A stretch of 26,851 nucleotides of DNA from an archaeon (GTDB lineage Archaea > B1Sed10-29), in NCBI GenBank assembly GCA_048620055.1, contig JBMCFZ010000001.1:1-26851 (forward strand). Direction: 5' to 3'. The notes beneath the pieces were generated by a model that saw only the letters and a list, made by a program, of their open reading frames with translations, did not search any database and had not been told where the DNA came from. This document shows, piece after piece, positions 15,264 through 24,219 of the stretch (the stretch's first letter is position 1; the number at the start of each line of letters is the position of its first letter). A program made the position numbers and the translations under genes.

Positions 15264-17520
15264 GTTGTTTCCTCCTTGCCACAAGTTCTTTTACTTGTTC
15301 TTTCTTTACCCATTCTTTCCATTTCTCCTTAGCTTCTTCATAATTTACGGAACCGTGTTCTTTTCTTTGGTTTTCTAGTATCAAGCTCCATTTCGTGTTT
15401 GCTGGAACTGTGTATTCTCCTTCTAGTAATTTAGGTATTTTGTATTCATTTTTCATGTCAACCAAGAATTGTTTGGTGTTTGCTCTTGCATTGATATCCT
15501 TCCAAATATCTTCTTGGGTTAAGCCTCTGTCTTTTGATATTTTTTCAAATAACTGTGAATCATCCAGGTTTTCTTCCATTATGTGATGGCTGTCTTCTTT
15601 TGTATTGAATCCTAGGATATCTATTAGTTCTCCTTCTCTGTATGGGTCTTTGTACCAGTGTTTTCCTATCTCCGTTATTCCCACGAGTCTTCTTTTTTTC
15701 TCTAATGACCCTTTGAATCTAACTGGTTTACAGGTTACAACAACATCGGTTGCTTTGAATGATGTGCTTGGTACCCCTAAATCATTTACTACTCTATCCC
15801 ATACTGAGTATGCTCCTGTTCCGTGTATTGTTCCCATCACTACGTTTCCCGCTGCTCCTACTCTCATTGCTTCGTATAATACTTTTGCTTCCTTTGATCT
15901 TACTTCCCCTATAATCAGTACTGATGAACCTAGTCTTAATGCTGTTCTTAGAGCTTCTTCTGGTGGTACTTCTGCTTCTGTACCTGCCATTGATATTGGC
16001 GACCGTGTTTTGAGTCTTTGTATGTTGAAGCCTATCTTCTTCATGTATTCAACAGGCATCTCGAATGTATCTTCTTGAAGTATTATTCTTAGTGATGATA
16101 ATATTTCGAGCATTAAAGCCTGCGTCATAGAGGTTTTTCCTGCTCCTCTACTTCCTGTTACTAGAGTGGTTGCTTGTGCATCTATTAGGAAACTTAGTAA
16201 ACCAGCTGCTATGTCATTAACCATATTTACATCTATATATTGTGGAAGTGTCCATGGAGTAATTTTATGTAGCCTTAGGACTATTGCTCTTCCTTCTGGC
16301 GCTAATGGTTTTCTTATTGCCGCTACTCTAGTATCTAGTCTTTCCAGTGAGAGGTCTAATATAGGATGTGCTTCGTCGAATGGTCTTCCTGATAGTGACC
16401 TGAATCTAGTGATTATTCCTTGTGCTTCTTCTTCTGTAAATATGACGTTTGTTTGACAAGTTCCATAATCCTGGTGTGTTAGATAAACCGGGTATTGCCC
16501 CATAGGAGAATCTATGTATATATCTGTTAGTTTTCTGTCATTTAGAAGTAGTTCCATCATCCCAAAGCCAATTGTGTATCTTGCAACGATGTTTGCTAGA
16601 TTATCTCTTTTTTCTGTAGATATATCTATATTGTTTTGTTCAGCTAGATCTTCTATTGTCTTTGAATAGGTTCTTTTGAAGTATCTTTTCGCTTCTCCCG
16701 GTTCTCTGAACGATACTTCTTCTGGTCTATAGTTAGCTACCTGTTCCCTTGTTTTTGATAGTAAGAAATATTCATCCGGTGTTAAATAGTATTCAGGTGG
16801 CTGTATGTAGTATAAGTTCTCTATTTTGTTTGGATTACTATATATTTTTACTTTCGCATCCCTTACCTCGTATGAATCCAGTAATTCTACTTCTTCCGGT
16901 GTTTGGTAAAATACTCTGCTCGATACGAACCCTGGTTTTATCTCAACTTCGAACACTGAGTGGTAAGGTTCTCTCGTTCTTGGAATTTCCCCCATTTCTT
17001 TTATTAATAATTTGAGTTCTTTGACTATCTCGGTTTCATTGAATCTTTTCAGTATCCAATTAAGTGTCTTTAGGTAAGCTAAACTGCATTGTTTTTCTTT
17101 TTCACTAAGCTGATTTAATCCTTCTTTTTCTCTCTTTATAACTTGTCTTAGTCTTATATATGCTTGTAGTGGATCTCTTGTTACGAGTTCTCTGGCAATC
17201 GTGACGACTGTATTATACCTTGGTTTATGATTTCTATTACATTCTTTAGATTTTATTCTGCTTGGAGCCCATACTTTTTTTTGTTCAAACTCATCTGCTA
17301 GTGCTCCTAGTTCCTTAACCATTTTTGTTTGTTTTTTATTGTAAGTTCTTTCATACACTTTACTAACTACTATTATATCCGCGTTGTGTTTGAAGCTCCA
17401 TTTGGCGCATTTATTCATGAATTCAGGGTAATCAGCGATGGAGCAGTTTGTTTCTCCTTTGCAGTTAATTATTAAATAGGTGTCGTCACCTTTTGTTTTA
17501 GTGGTGTATTCATGAGGCAT
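15241..17520 (-). CDS. Type II/IV secretion system (VirB11/TadA/FlaI-like) ATPase with a long N-terminal extension
   Basis: Walker A GSRGAGKT (16155-16132), Asp box QEDTFE, Walker B LIIGEVR, His box MGTIHG. Also ARYTIGFG..E.LL.D..L.DIYID and the RPFDEAHPILD motif. Confidence 0.95.
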   Translation of the reverse strand: MPHEYTTKTKGDDTYLIINCKGETNCSIADYPEFMNKCAKWSFKHNADIIVVSKVYERTYNKKQTKMVKELGALADEFEQKKVWAPSRIKSKECNRNHKPRYNTVVTIARELVTRDPLQAYIRLRQVIKREKEGLNQLSEKEKQCSLAYLKTLNWILKRFNETEIVKELKLLIKEMGEIPRTREPYHSVFEVEIKPGFVSSRVFYQTPEEVELLDSYEVRDAKVKIYSNPNKIENLYYIQPPEYYLTPDEYFLLSKTREQVANYRPEEVSFREPGEAKRYFKRTYSKTIEDLAEQNNIDISTEKRDNLANIVARYTIGFGMMELLLNDRKLTDIYIDSPMGQYPVYLTHQDYGTCQTNVIFTEEEAQGIITRFRSLSGRPFDEAHPILDLSLERLDTRVAAIRKPLAPEGRAIVLRLHKITPWTLPQYIDVNMVNDIAAGLLSFLIDAQATTLVTGSRGAGKTSMTQALMLEILSSLRIILQEDTFEMPVEYMKKIGFNIQRLKTRSPISMAGTEAEVPPEEALRTALRLGSSVLIIGEVRSKEAKVLYEAMRVGAAGNVVMGTIHGTGAYSVWDRVVNDLGVPSTSFKATDVVVTCKPVRFKGSLEKKRRLVGITEIGKHWYKDPYREGELIDILGFNTKEDSHHIMEENLDDSQLFEKISKDRGLTQEDIWKDINARANTKQFLVDMKNEYKIPKLLEGEYTVPANTKWSLILENQRKEHGSVNYEEAKEKWKEWVKKEQVKELVARRKQRDAAGKI

Positions 17521-17619
17521 GTTGATCGTATCTCCAGTTATATTTCTAAAGGGTATAATCGTTTAAAACGTTTCTTGAATTTAAGTTCTTCATCCCCTTC
17601 AGATTCCCGAGTAAATTCA

Positions 17620-18207
17620 TTGGAATTGAAGAAGGGTTTACTATTCATAATAAGTATTTTGTGTTTATATACTTTATTTTGGTACTTAATTCAGTTCATT
17701 GGACTGGAGCATCTGAGGAATTTCACCGCCTATGCTGCTTCGGAGTTACTCAGATTTTCAGGAGTCGCTAACATCGTTGTTACTCGTAATTCTTTTCCTG
17801 TCATAACTATTGTGATTGAGTCCGTTAGAGGAATCGAAGAGTTAATAGGTGGAGCGGTCACTGATCTATGTGTAGGTGACATAGAATTGGCTCTTCTTCC
17901 AGCCATTATCTTAAGTACTTTTGACAGGTCCTTGAGAAAAAGGATAATGGGAGTAATATCAGGAATTCTTTTAATTGTATTGATTAATCCTCTTAGAATC
18001 TTTGTGGTGATGTGGACAGGAACAAGATTCGGATGGGGAGTAGCTGAATTTATGCATTCATTCACCTTCAGGTTAACATTAATCTTAATAATACTGGGTT
18101 TCTACTACATATGGTACTTGAAATATGAGGAAGCATCAAACGCACTTCGTTTGGCTCCAAGATTTATTTCAAGGAAAATCGATGAAATAAGGGGAAAAAT
18201 TAGATGA
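17620..18207 (+). CDS. Archaeosortase/exosortase-family membrane transpeptidase/peptidase
   Basis: Putative catalytic Cys in VTDLCVG (17869), Arg in INPLRI (17995) and His in EFMH (18055), within a multi-TM protein. Track start 17512 overlaps the divergent ATPase start, so in-frame TTG 17620 or 17626 is more plausible. Confidence 0.85.
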   Translation: MELKKGLLFIISILCLYTLFWYLIQFIGLEHLRNFTAYAASELLRFSGVANIVVTRNSFPVITIVIESVRGIEELIGGAVTDLCVGDIELALLPAIILSTFDRSLRKRIMGVISGILLIVLINPLRIFVVMWTGTRFGWGVAEFMHSFTFRLTLILIILGFYYIWYLKYEEASNALRLAPRFISRKIDEIRGKIR

Positions 18208-19220
18208 AGAAAAAATGCTCTATGAGAAATAATAATAGAGAAGAATATGAAGATAAAGGAAAGAAAGGATTTAGTTTATTTACCCCTCTAGTCGGTACCG
18301 CAGTAATAATCATAGCTATTTTAGTCTCAATAACCATGATTCAAAATAACTTAAAGATAAGTGAAGGGATAAGTGATTCTTATTCTGCTTCCGGACAAAG
18401 TATTGGTTCTCAAACCATACAATCAGCCTCAACTGGTTTTATAATAGACCAAATAGAGAAATATACAAAAAAACAATTAGAAGGAGGTAGAGGAGACTAC
18501 ATAACCATTGAAGAATGTGAAGATGGAGATGAATGTAATTCTGAGTTAAAAGAAGAACTTAATGAATGGGGAGCGCTGAAAAGAGAATTGCAAATAAGAT
18601 GGTTTATAGGGATGTTGGATAGAGTAAGAACAGTTACCGATTACGAAATAGTTGGAGGAGATGACTGCGAAAAGGCCTGTGAAAAACTAGATGACCAAGG
18701 AGTAGATGTGCCTACTAGATGTTACGATACTTTTGAAGATTGTGCAGATGCTGTTTCAGTACAGGGGATTGGGATAGATATCGTGTCTACAGAATACACT
18801 GATGAAGGTAGTTTAGAAGTAAGACTGAATACAAATAAAATTAGAGAAAGTGAACACTACAGGGATGCGTTTGAAATAAGATTAAAAGATGAAGGAGAGG
18901 AAACAGATATGACTATTATAATGGTGCCTTCAGAAGCTACTTACACAACAGCTAAATTATCCGATCATATAAGCAAAACAGGAGAAGCATTTGATTACTT
19001 AAAAGAAAATGCGGAGGATAAGGATCTCGATATAATTTGTAATGAGATAAAAGCAGATATTCTCGACAACGAGTATGAATACGATGAATTGACATTGATA
19101 AATGGCACTGAAGGAGAAGTAGCTCTTCAAATCAAATGGAAAAACATAGACATAGATACCAATCTTCATTTAGAGTACAAAAGTGCAGAATATGTGGAGG
19201 GACAAGAAGAAAGTTGTTAA
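18204..19220 (+). CDS. Large prepilin-like protein with class III signal peptide
   Basis: KGKKG|FSLFTPLVGTAVIIIAILVSITMI followed by an acidic Cys-containing domain. ATGA overlap with the sortase stop. Confidence 0.75.
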   Translation: MKKKCSMRNNNREEYEDKGKKGFSLFTPLVGTAVIIIAILVSITMIQNNLKISEGISDSYSASGQSIGSQTIQSASTGFIIDQIEKYTKKQLEGGRGDYITIEECEDGDECNSELKEELNEWGALKRELQIRWFIGMLDRVRTVTDYEIVGGDDCEKACEKLDDQGVDVPTRCYDTFEDCADAVSVQGIGIDIVSTEYTDEGSLEVRLNTNKIRESEHYRDAFEIRLKDEGEETDMTIIMVPSEATYTTAKLSDHISKTGEAFDYLKENAEDKDLDIICNEIKADILDNEYEYDELTLINGTEGEVALQIKWKNIDIDTNLHLEYKSAEYVEGQEESC

Positions 19221-19276
19221 TTCAAAGAAAGTATTTAGATAAAAAATTACTGAATAAATTACTACTGATGAAAGAA

Positions 19277-19288
19277 AAAGTATTTAAA
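19277..19288 (+). promoter_or_regulatory. Putative BRE/TATA promoter of the 1625-aa gene
   Basis: AAAGTATTTAAA with TTTAAA at 19283-19288. AAAGTATTTA is also directly repeated at 19228-19237. Confidence 0.35.
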
Positions 19289-19295
19289 AAAGAAG

Positions 19296-22200
19296 ATGTT
19301 AATAGTAGTCAGGGAAAATGGAGGAATCAATATCAGTCTAAAAAATTTCTACTACAAAATAGAAGACAAGTGGTTTGCAGGAATAGATAAGCTAGATAAG
19401 AAAGGATTTCCTGCTTACAAAATGATAGACCCGTTGGAAAAAAGGGGGATACCAAGCCTACCAGTATTTATTGCTTTTCTAATAATAATCTCCTACATTT
19501 TATTTCCATATATGCCTTGGGTAGAACCTGAACAAACACCAGAACCAATACCAGAAGAGGTAACAGTCTTCATAACAGTATCAAATGAACTTGAAAAAAT
19601 AGAGGACGCAAATGTAGAAGCATTGAAAGAAGGAGAATTTAAAGATTCAGGTACAACTAATTTTGAAGGAGAAGCAAGTTTAACGTTAGAAAGAGGAAAA
19701 ACCTATAAAATAACCGCAAGCAAAGAAGAATGTACTGAGCAAGAGATGACATATAAAGTTCCAGAAGAAGAAGAATCTCCTACGGAAGATATTTCACTGG
19801 AATGTGACTCTAAACTAGAAGAAGGAGAAACAGAAATATGTTTTACTCCTGAGGTATCTGAACCAATTAAATACGAAAAATTAGGCGTAAGAGACTTAGT
19901 ATTAGAAGATGGGGAATGTGAAGCTGAAGAATCTGGGAAATGTTTCATGTCACTAGATGAAAATGTTAGTTACAGTTTTGAAACCGATAAATACATCTCA
20001 GAAAGTACGTATACAACAAGTCAATTAGAGGATTACGAAGATGAAGAATGTATACCAATGCTCGAAAAAGAAGATGACGATCCAAATGATGATATAGAGT
20101 CAGAAGTAGGAGAAGAAATAATATGGGTAAAAGATGAAGAAGGGAATTCCTTAGGAGGAAAAACAGTTCAACTAGTTTATCCAAATGAAACTAATACACA
20201 TATAGTAGAGGGAAAAACAAGCGAATCAGAAGGATCTGTAGGTAGAGTAACACTTAAACCACCATTAGAAGAAGAATACAAGATAAAGGTCCTCTCAGGA
20301 GAAGAGACTTCATCCAAATTAACTGAAGAAATTTATGAAGTAACAAAAAGTGCAGAAACCCGTCATGTTACAGTGGGAAAGCACGAGGAAACAGATATAG
20401 AAGTAGTAAGTAGTAGAGACGCAGCACCTCTGGAAGGAACCCATATAAGAATATTCGATGATGGGGAAGAAGTATATGAAAGTCAAACCAATTCAAAAGG
20501 AAAAGCCGATCCAATGCCAAATCTACAGGGACACACATACGAAGCAACCTTATTTAAACAAGGATACGCTGCGAAAGAGATAGAGATAACAGGAGGAGAA
20601 TCAAGAGCTTTTGAACTAGATGGACTTGAAGACCACGAAATGGCTGATGTAGAGATAACTGCGAAAACAAATACTGAAACTCAGGAAAGAGTACAAGAAG
20701 CTAAAGTAGATCTAAAATATGAAGATGGAGGACAAATGGGCTACCCGACAAAAGAAACCAATGACTTAGGAGAAGTGAAGTTCCCGAAAGTCCCAGAAGG
20801 AGATTACTGTGCTGAATTAACCTACGAAGGAAAAACATACCCATGTGAAAACCACTCTATAACGGTAAGGCCAGAAGAAGAATCAGTTGCAACTAGAACA
20901 ATTTTAATAGATCCTATAATGAGATTATTAAGAGTAAGAATTACTAGAGAAGATGAAGGAATAGAAGGAGTAACAATAAAAGGAAAAGATAAATTCGGAC
21001 AAACATATACACCAAAAGAAACTGATACAGGAGGAATGACCTCATTCAGAGTTCCTGACGGTAGATTAGTATCTGTTAGTGCAGAAGCAACAGTAGAGGG
21101 AGAAGAATTCAGACCAACAGAAGACGTAAGGATGGATAACGATGAAACAATTGAATTTGAGCTTGACGAACCAATAGATAGGGACGTAGTATTCAACCAA
21201 CTCACTGAAAACAAAGGCGACCAATATGAAGAGGGAGAAAGGATAAATCCAAATACCTGGTACGATGCTGAATTCCAAATGGATCTATCCAACGTAATGG
21301 AGGAAAGATGGAATGAAGTAGAATACAACATATGGACTGAAGATGATATTAACATATACAAATCACCAGAAGTCAATTCATGGACAGGATGGGGAGCAAA
21401 CTCAGAAGACCTACCAGGAAAAAATCAGGAAATAACAATTGAAGGAAACTACGACAAAGAGGATACGGAACCGATATTTAATGTTCCAATAGTGGCATTG
21501 CCTAAAGACTCTTCAGATGAAAAGATAGAATTGAATTTCCAAGCAAATTGGAAACACGAAGAAAGCGATACTTACATTGAAACAGAAGAAGAAACAATTG
21601 AATTTGAACTAAACCACGGAGAAGGGTCAAGACAAGGGCCATTCTATGTTGACAGAACAATAAGCAGAGAAGAACCAGTAGATCCAGAACAACCTGTTAC
21701 AGCATTCTGGAATATAAGTTTAGTAGAAGGGGTTTTTGACGGAGAAATGGTATTTGAACCTGAATTCAACAACACTGAGTTTGATCCAGTAGAACTTGAA
21801 AAACTAGAGAAAACTAATCCGGAAGGAGAGAAAACTGATTTAACTGAAGAAGTGGCTCTAAGAGAAGATTATCTAGCATTCAACTTTACAGAAGAAAACC
21901 AATTGGAAGAAGGGGATCACTTAGAACTCCAAATGATAAACACTCCAAAATACCCTTCATCAGATGTAAAGATTCAAGGAAAAGCCGGTGAAATTGACCT
22001 AGGACACATAAAGTATGAAACCGGTGGAAAAATATCAACGACAACTACACTATCAGAAGGAAGTAGATACACGCTGAGCGACCATGTGGAAATGACTATA
22101 AAGGACAAGGAAAGAGGATCTGTGTTAGAGGGAAATGAATTGGTAAATATAAAGAGACATGAAGATAGTAAGATAACCGGTTCACTACAAGGTTGTAACG

Positions 22201-24173
22201 AGATACCTCTATCAAAAGCTGAAATAGCTCAAGATGAAGAAGGAAGAAATGTATTGAGAGTAGATTTAGACAGCGATTGCCATCTAAAAGAGGGAGAAAT
22301 AGATGTAAGCATAGCTGGAGGAGATATAAAGGAAGATACATCTTCTTTTGAAATTGAACCAACATTTACGATTCAAAGAATAGGTCAAACCGGAATAGTT
22401 CCTGGAGAAACTTGCCCAATAGACTTAACAAAACAAGGAACAGAAGAAGTATCAATAGGTGCTCCAGGAGAAGAATCAATAGGAATAGCTAGAAGCGAAT
22501 GTGAAGAAGAAAGACCTTCAGAAATGGGAATAAGTTATGCAGAAGCAGCAGGGATAGAACCGGAAAACCTAGAGGTAGATGAAGAATCAGTAGAGCTCGA
22601 ATCAGCTGATAAAGATCAAATAAGCAATGAAATATTAAGAAGATTTGTAGATATAGACGTAAAGCAAGATAGAATAACCTTAGAACCCGAAGCATTTGAA
22701 GGAGGAGAAGGATATGATTTCCAAGTAAAATTCACGATGAAAGGGACAAACAACGACATAACAGACGAAGAAACCATCACCACTGACATATCTCTTTCAC
22801 AACCAATGAGAGAACTAGGAGGAAACAGATTTAGAAGAAACCTGGTCCAAAGTTATGATGCGGAAGAATACAGATGCAACGTTAGATACTGTAATCTAGA
22901 TCAAATATTTGAATATGGAATAAAAGATAGTCCAACAACAAGATCAGAAGTACTAATGGTGGAAATGGGAGGAATAACCCCCTCAATTGCAGCTAGCATA
23001 CTAACAGATACATTAGAAGGTATGGAAGAATTGGAAGATGAAGATTGGGAGGTAAGAACAGGAGAACCAGAAGACACCATAACGTCTGAAAATGAATTTA
23101 TAATAGATGGAAATCCAGAAAACATGCCTGATGTGGGAAGAAACGAAATGGTGGTAGCGAATGAAACAGATGACGATGGAAACACTCAATACCACATATG
23201 GTTCAATCACCTAGACGATGAAAATCCTCTTCTCGTGGAAAATATTGCACTATGGATGCCTCACCAACAAATAAGTTACGGAGAATTAAATAAAACAAAC
23301 GTACTTGAAAAACAGATGGAAACACCGATATACATAGATGAAACGATAGAAGAGGAAGTATATCGAGAAGAAATAGAAAAAGATATTCAAGAAGCTCTTG
23401 GAGGAATGTGGGGAGTAGACAAGGAGAACTTCCCAGTAAAAGAACAAGAAGAAGAATTTGAAGGATATGAACATGGAATACACATAGGACTCTGTCCTGA
23501 AGGAGAACCAGAACATGAAAACTGCCAAAGATTAGAAGATAAAAATTATTCATTAGGGAAACCAGCTATTTTCAGAGGAGGGTTTGAATCAAGAACATAT
23601 ATCCACGCTAGAAACGAAGGAGATCTGCTCAACCTAACGGAAAGATTTGAACTGGCATTTGGAGAAGCTAGATCTGGATTAGCACTCGAGATGATGAACA
23701 AAGATGATCCAACATTAGGAGGACTGACATTAGCACCTGAAGAAATAAAGTACTACTGCTGGTCTCAAGGAGCACCAAACTGTCCAGGAGGAGAAGAAAC
23801 ACTAAACGCACTGGAACAACTAGGAGAAACAATGCTAGGAGCACCTGCAGTAGAACTAGAACAAGAAAAGGATTTCGAAGAGATATTAATAGAAGATGAA
23901 AAAGAAGTGGACTTCATAATAACATCGTCGGATAATACTAAAGACCTGAGAAGAAGTGGTCAATTAGGCTCAAACCCCTACATAAGTGGATCAGGAGGAT
24001 ATATTGACATCTTTGGAAAAGGAGTAAGGTCAAAAAGAGTAAGACTGCCACCAGGAGGAATATTATATCAACCAGACGGACCAACAACACTACTAGTACC
24101 AGAAGACAACGGAGCAAATGCACCAGATTTACTACAAGAACTTCACTTCCAACTAACAGTAGGAGAAGAATAA
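19296..24173 (+). CDS. Giant (about 1610-1625 aa) N-terminally anchored surface protein with carboxypeptidase-regulatory-like (Cna-B/prealbumin-like) beta-sandwich repeats
   Basis: TM segment LPVFIAFLIIISYILF, then about 5 repeats of the pattern V..A.V.......G.T(N/D)..G......L..G.Y...A.K.GY. Highly acidic with paired Cys. The true start may be ATC 19332 (see findings). Confidence 0.85.
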   Translation: MLIVVRENGGINISLKNFYYKIEDKWFAGIDKLDKKGFPAYKMIDPLEKRGIPSLPVFIAFLIIISYILFPYMPWVEPEQTPEPIPEEVTVFITVSNELEKIEDANVEALKEGEFKDSGTTNFEGEASLTLERGKTYKITASKEECTEQEMTYKVPEEEESPTEDISLECDSKLEEGETEICFTPEVSEPIKYEKLGVRDLVLEDGECEAEESGKCFMSLDENVSYSFETDKYISESTYTTSQLEDYEDEECIPMLEKEDDDPNDDIESEVGEEIIWVKDEEGNSLGGKTVQLVYPNETNTHIVEGKTSESEGSVGRVTLKPPLEEEYKIKVLSGEETSSKLTEEIYEVTKSAETRHVTVGKHEETDIEVVSSRDAAPLEGTHIRIFDDGEEVYESQTNSKGKADPMPNLQGHTYEATLFKQGYAAKEIEITGGESRAFELDGLEDHEMADVEITAKTNTETQERVQEAKVDLKYEDGGQMGYPTKETNDLGEVKFPKVPEGDYCAELTYEGKTYPCENHSITVRPEEESVATRTILIDPIMRLLRVRITREDEGIEGVTIKGKDKFGQTYTPKETDTGGMTSFRVPDGRLVSVSAEATVEGEEFRPTEDVRMDNDETIEFELDEPIDRDVVFNQLTENKGDQYEEGERINPNTWYDAEFQMDLSNVMEERWNEVEYNIWTEDDINIYKSPEVNSWTGWGANSEDLPGKNQEITIEGNYDKEDTEPIFNVPIVALPKDSSDEKIELNFQANWKHEESDTYIETEEETIEFELNHGEGSRQGPFYVDRTISREEPVDPEQPVTAFWNISLVEGVFDGEMVFEPEFNNTEFDPVELEKLEKTNPEGEKTDLTEEVALREDYLAFNFTEENQLEEGDHLELQMINTPKYPSSDVKIQGKAGEIDLGHIKYETGGKISTTTTLSEGSRYTLSDHVEMTIKDKERGSVLEGNELVNIKRHEDSKITGSLQGCNEIPLSKAEIAQDEEGRNVLRVDLDSDCHLKEGEIDVSIAGGDIKEDTSSFEIEPTFTIQRIGQTGIVPGETCPIDLTKQGTEEVSIGAPGEESIGIARSECEEERPSEMGISYAEAAGIEPENLEVDEESVELESADKDQISNEILRRFVDIDVKQDRITLEPEAFEGGEGYDFQVKFTMKGTNNDITDEETITTDISLSQPMRELGGNRFRRNLVQSYDAEEYRCNVRYCNLDQIFEYGIKDSPTTRSEVLMVEMGGITPSIAASILTDTLEGMEELEDEDWEVRTGEPEDTITSENEFIIDGNPENMPDVGRNEMVVANETDDDGNTQYHIWFNHLDDENPLLVENIALWMPHQQISYGELNKTNVLEKQMETPIYIDETIEEEVYREEIEKDIQEALGGMWGVDKENFPVKEQEEEFEGYEHGIHIGLCPEGEPEHENCQRLEDKNYSLGKPAIFRGGFESRTYIHARNEGDLLNLTERFELAFGEARSGLALEMMNKDDPTLGGLTLAPEEIKYYCWSQGAPNCPGGEETLNALEQLGETMLGAPAVELEQEKDFEEILIEDEKEVDFIITSSDNTKDLRRSGQLGSNPYISGSGGYIDIFGKGVRSKRVRLPPGGILYQPDGPTTLLVPEDNGANAPDLLQELHFQLTVGEE

Positions 24174-24219
24174 AACATAAAAATGCTGAAAAGATTACAT
24201 AATAAATAAGAGGGAAAAA

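Noticed and set aside
13200-17520. Archaellum (fla/arl) operon
   Set aside because: No archaellin N-terminal consensus and no ArlH/KaiC-like gene were seen. The ATPase and platform fit a pilus-type system.
17512-17619. Head-to-head overlap of ATPase and sortase start codons (catgaggcat)
   Set aside because: The first 36 codons are non-family, Ser-rich sequence occupying the only space for the divergent promoters. A TTG start at 17620 or 17626 is simpler.
19136-19390. 84-aa plus-strand ORF containing CRIC
   Set aside because: Overlaps two larger genes out of frame and has only a single CxxC.
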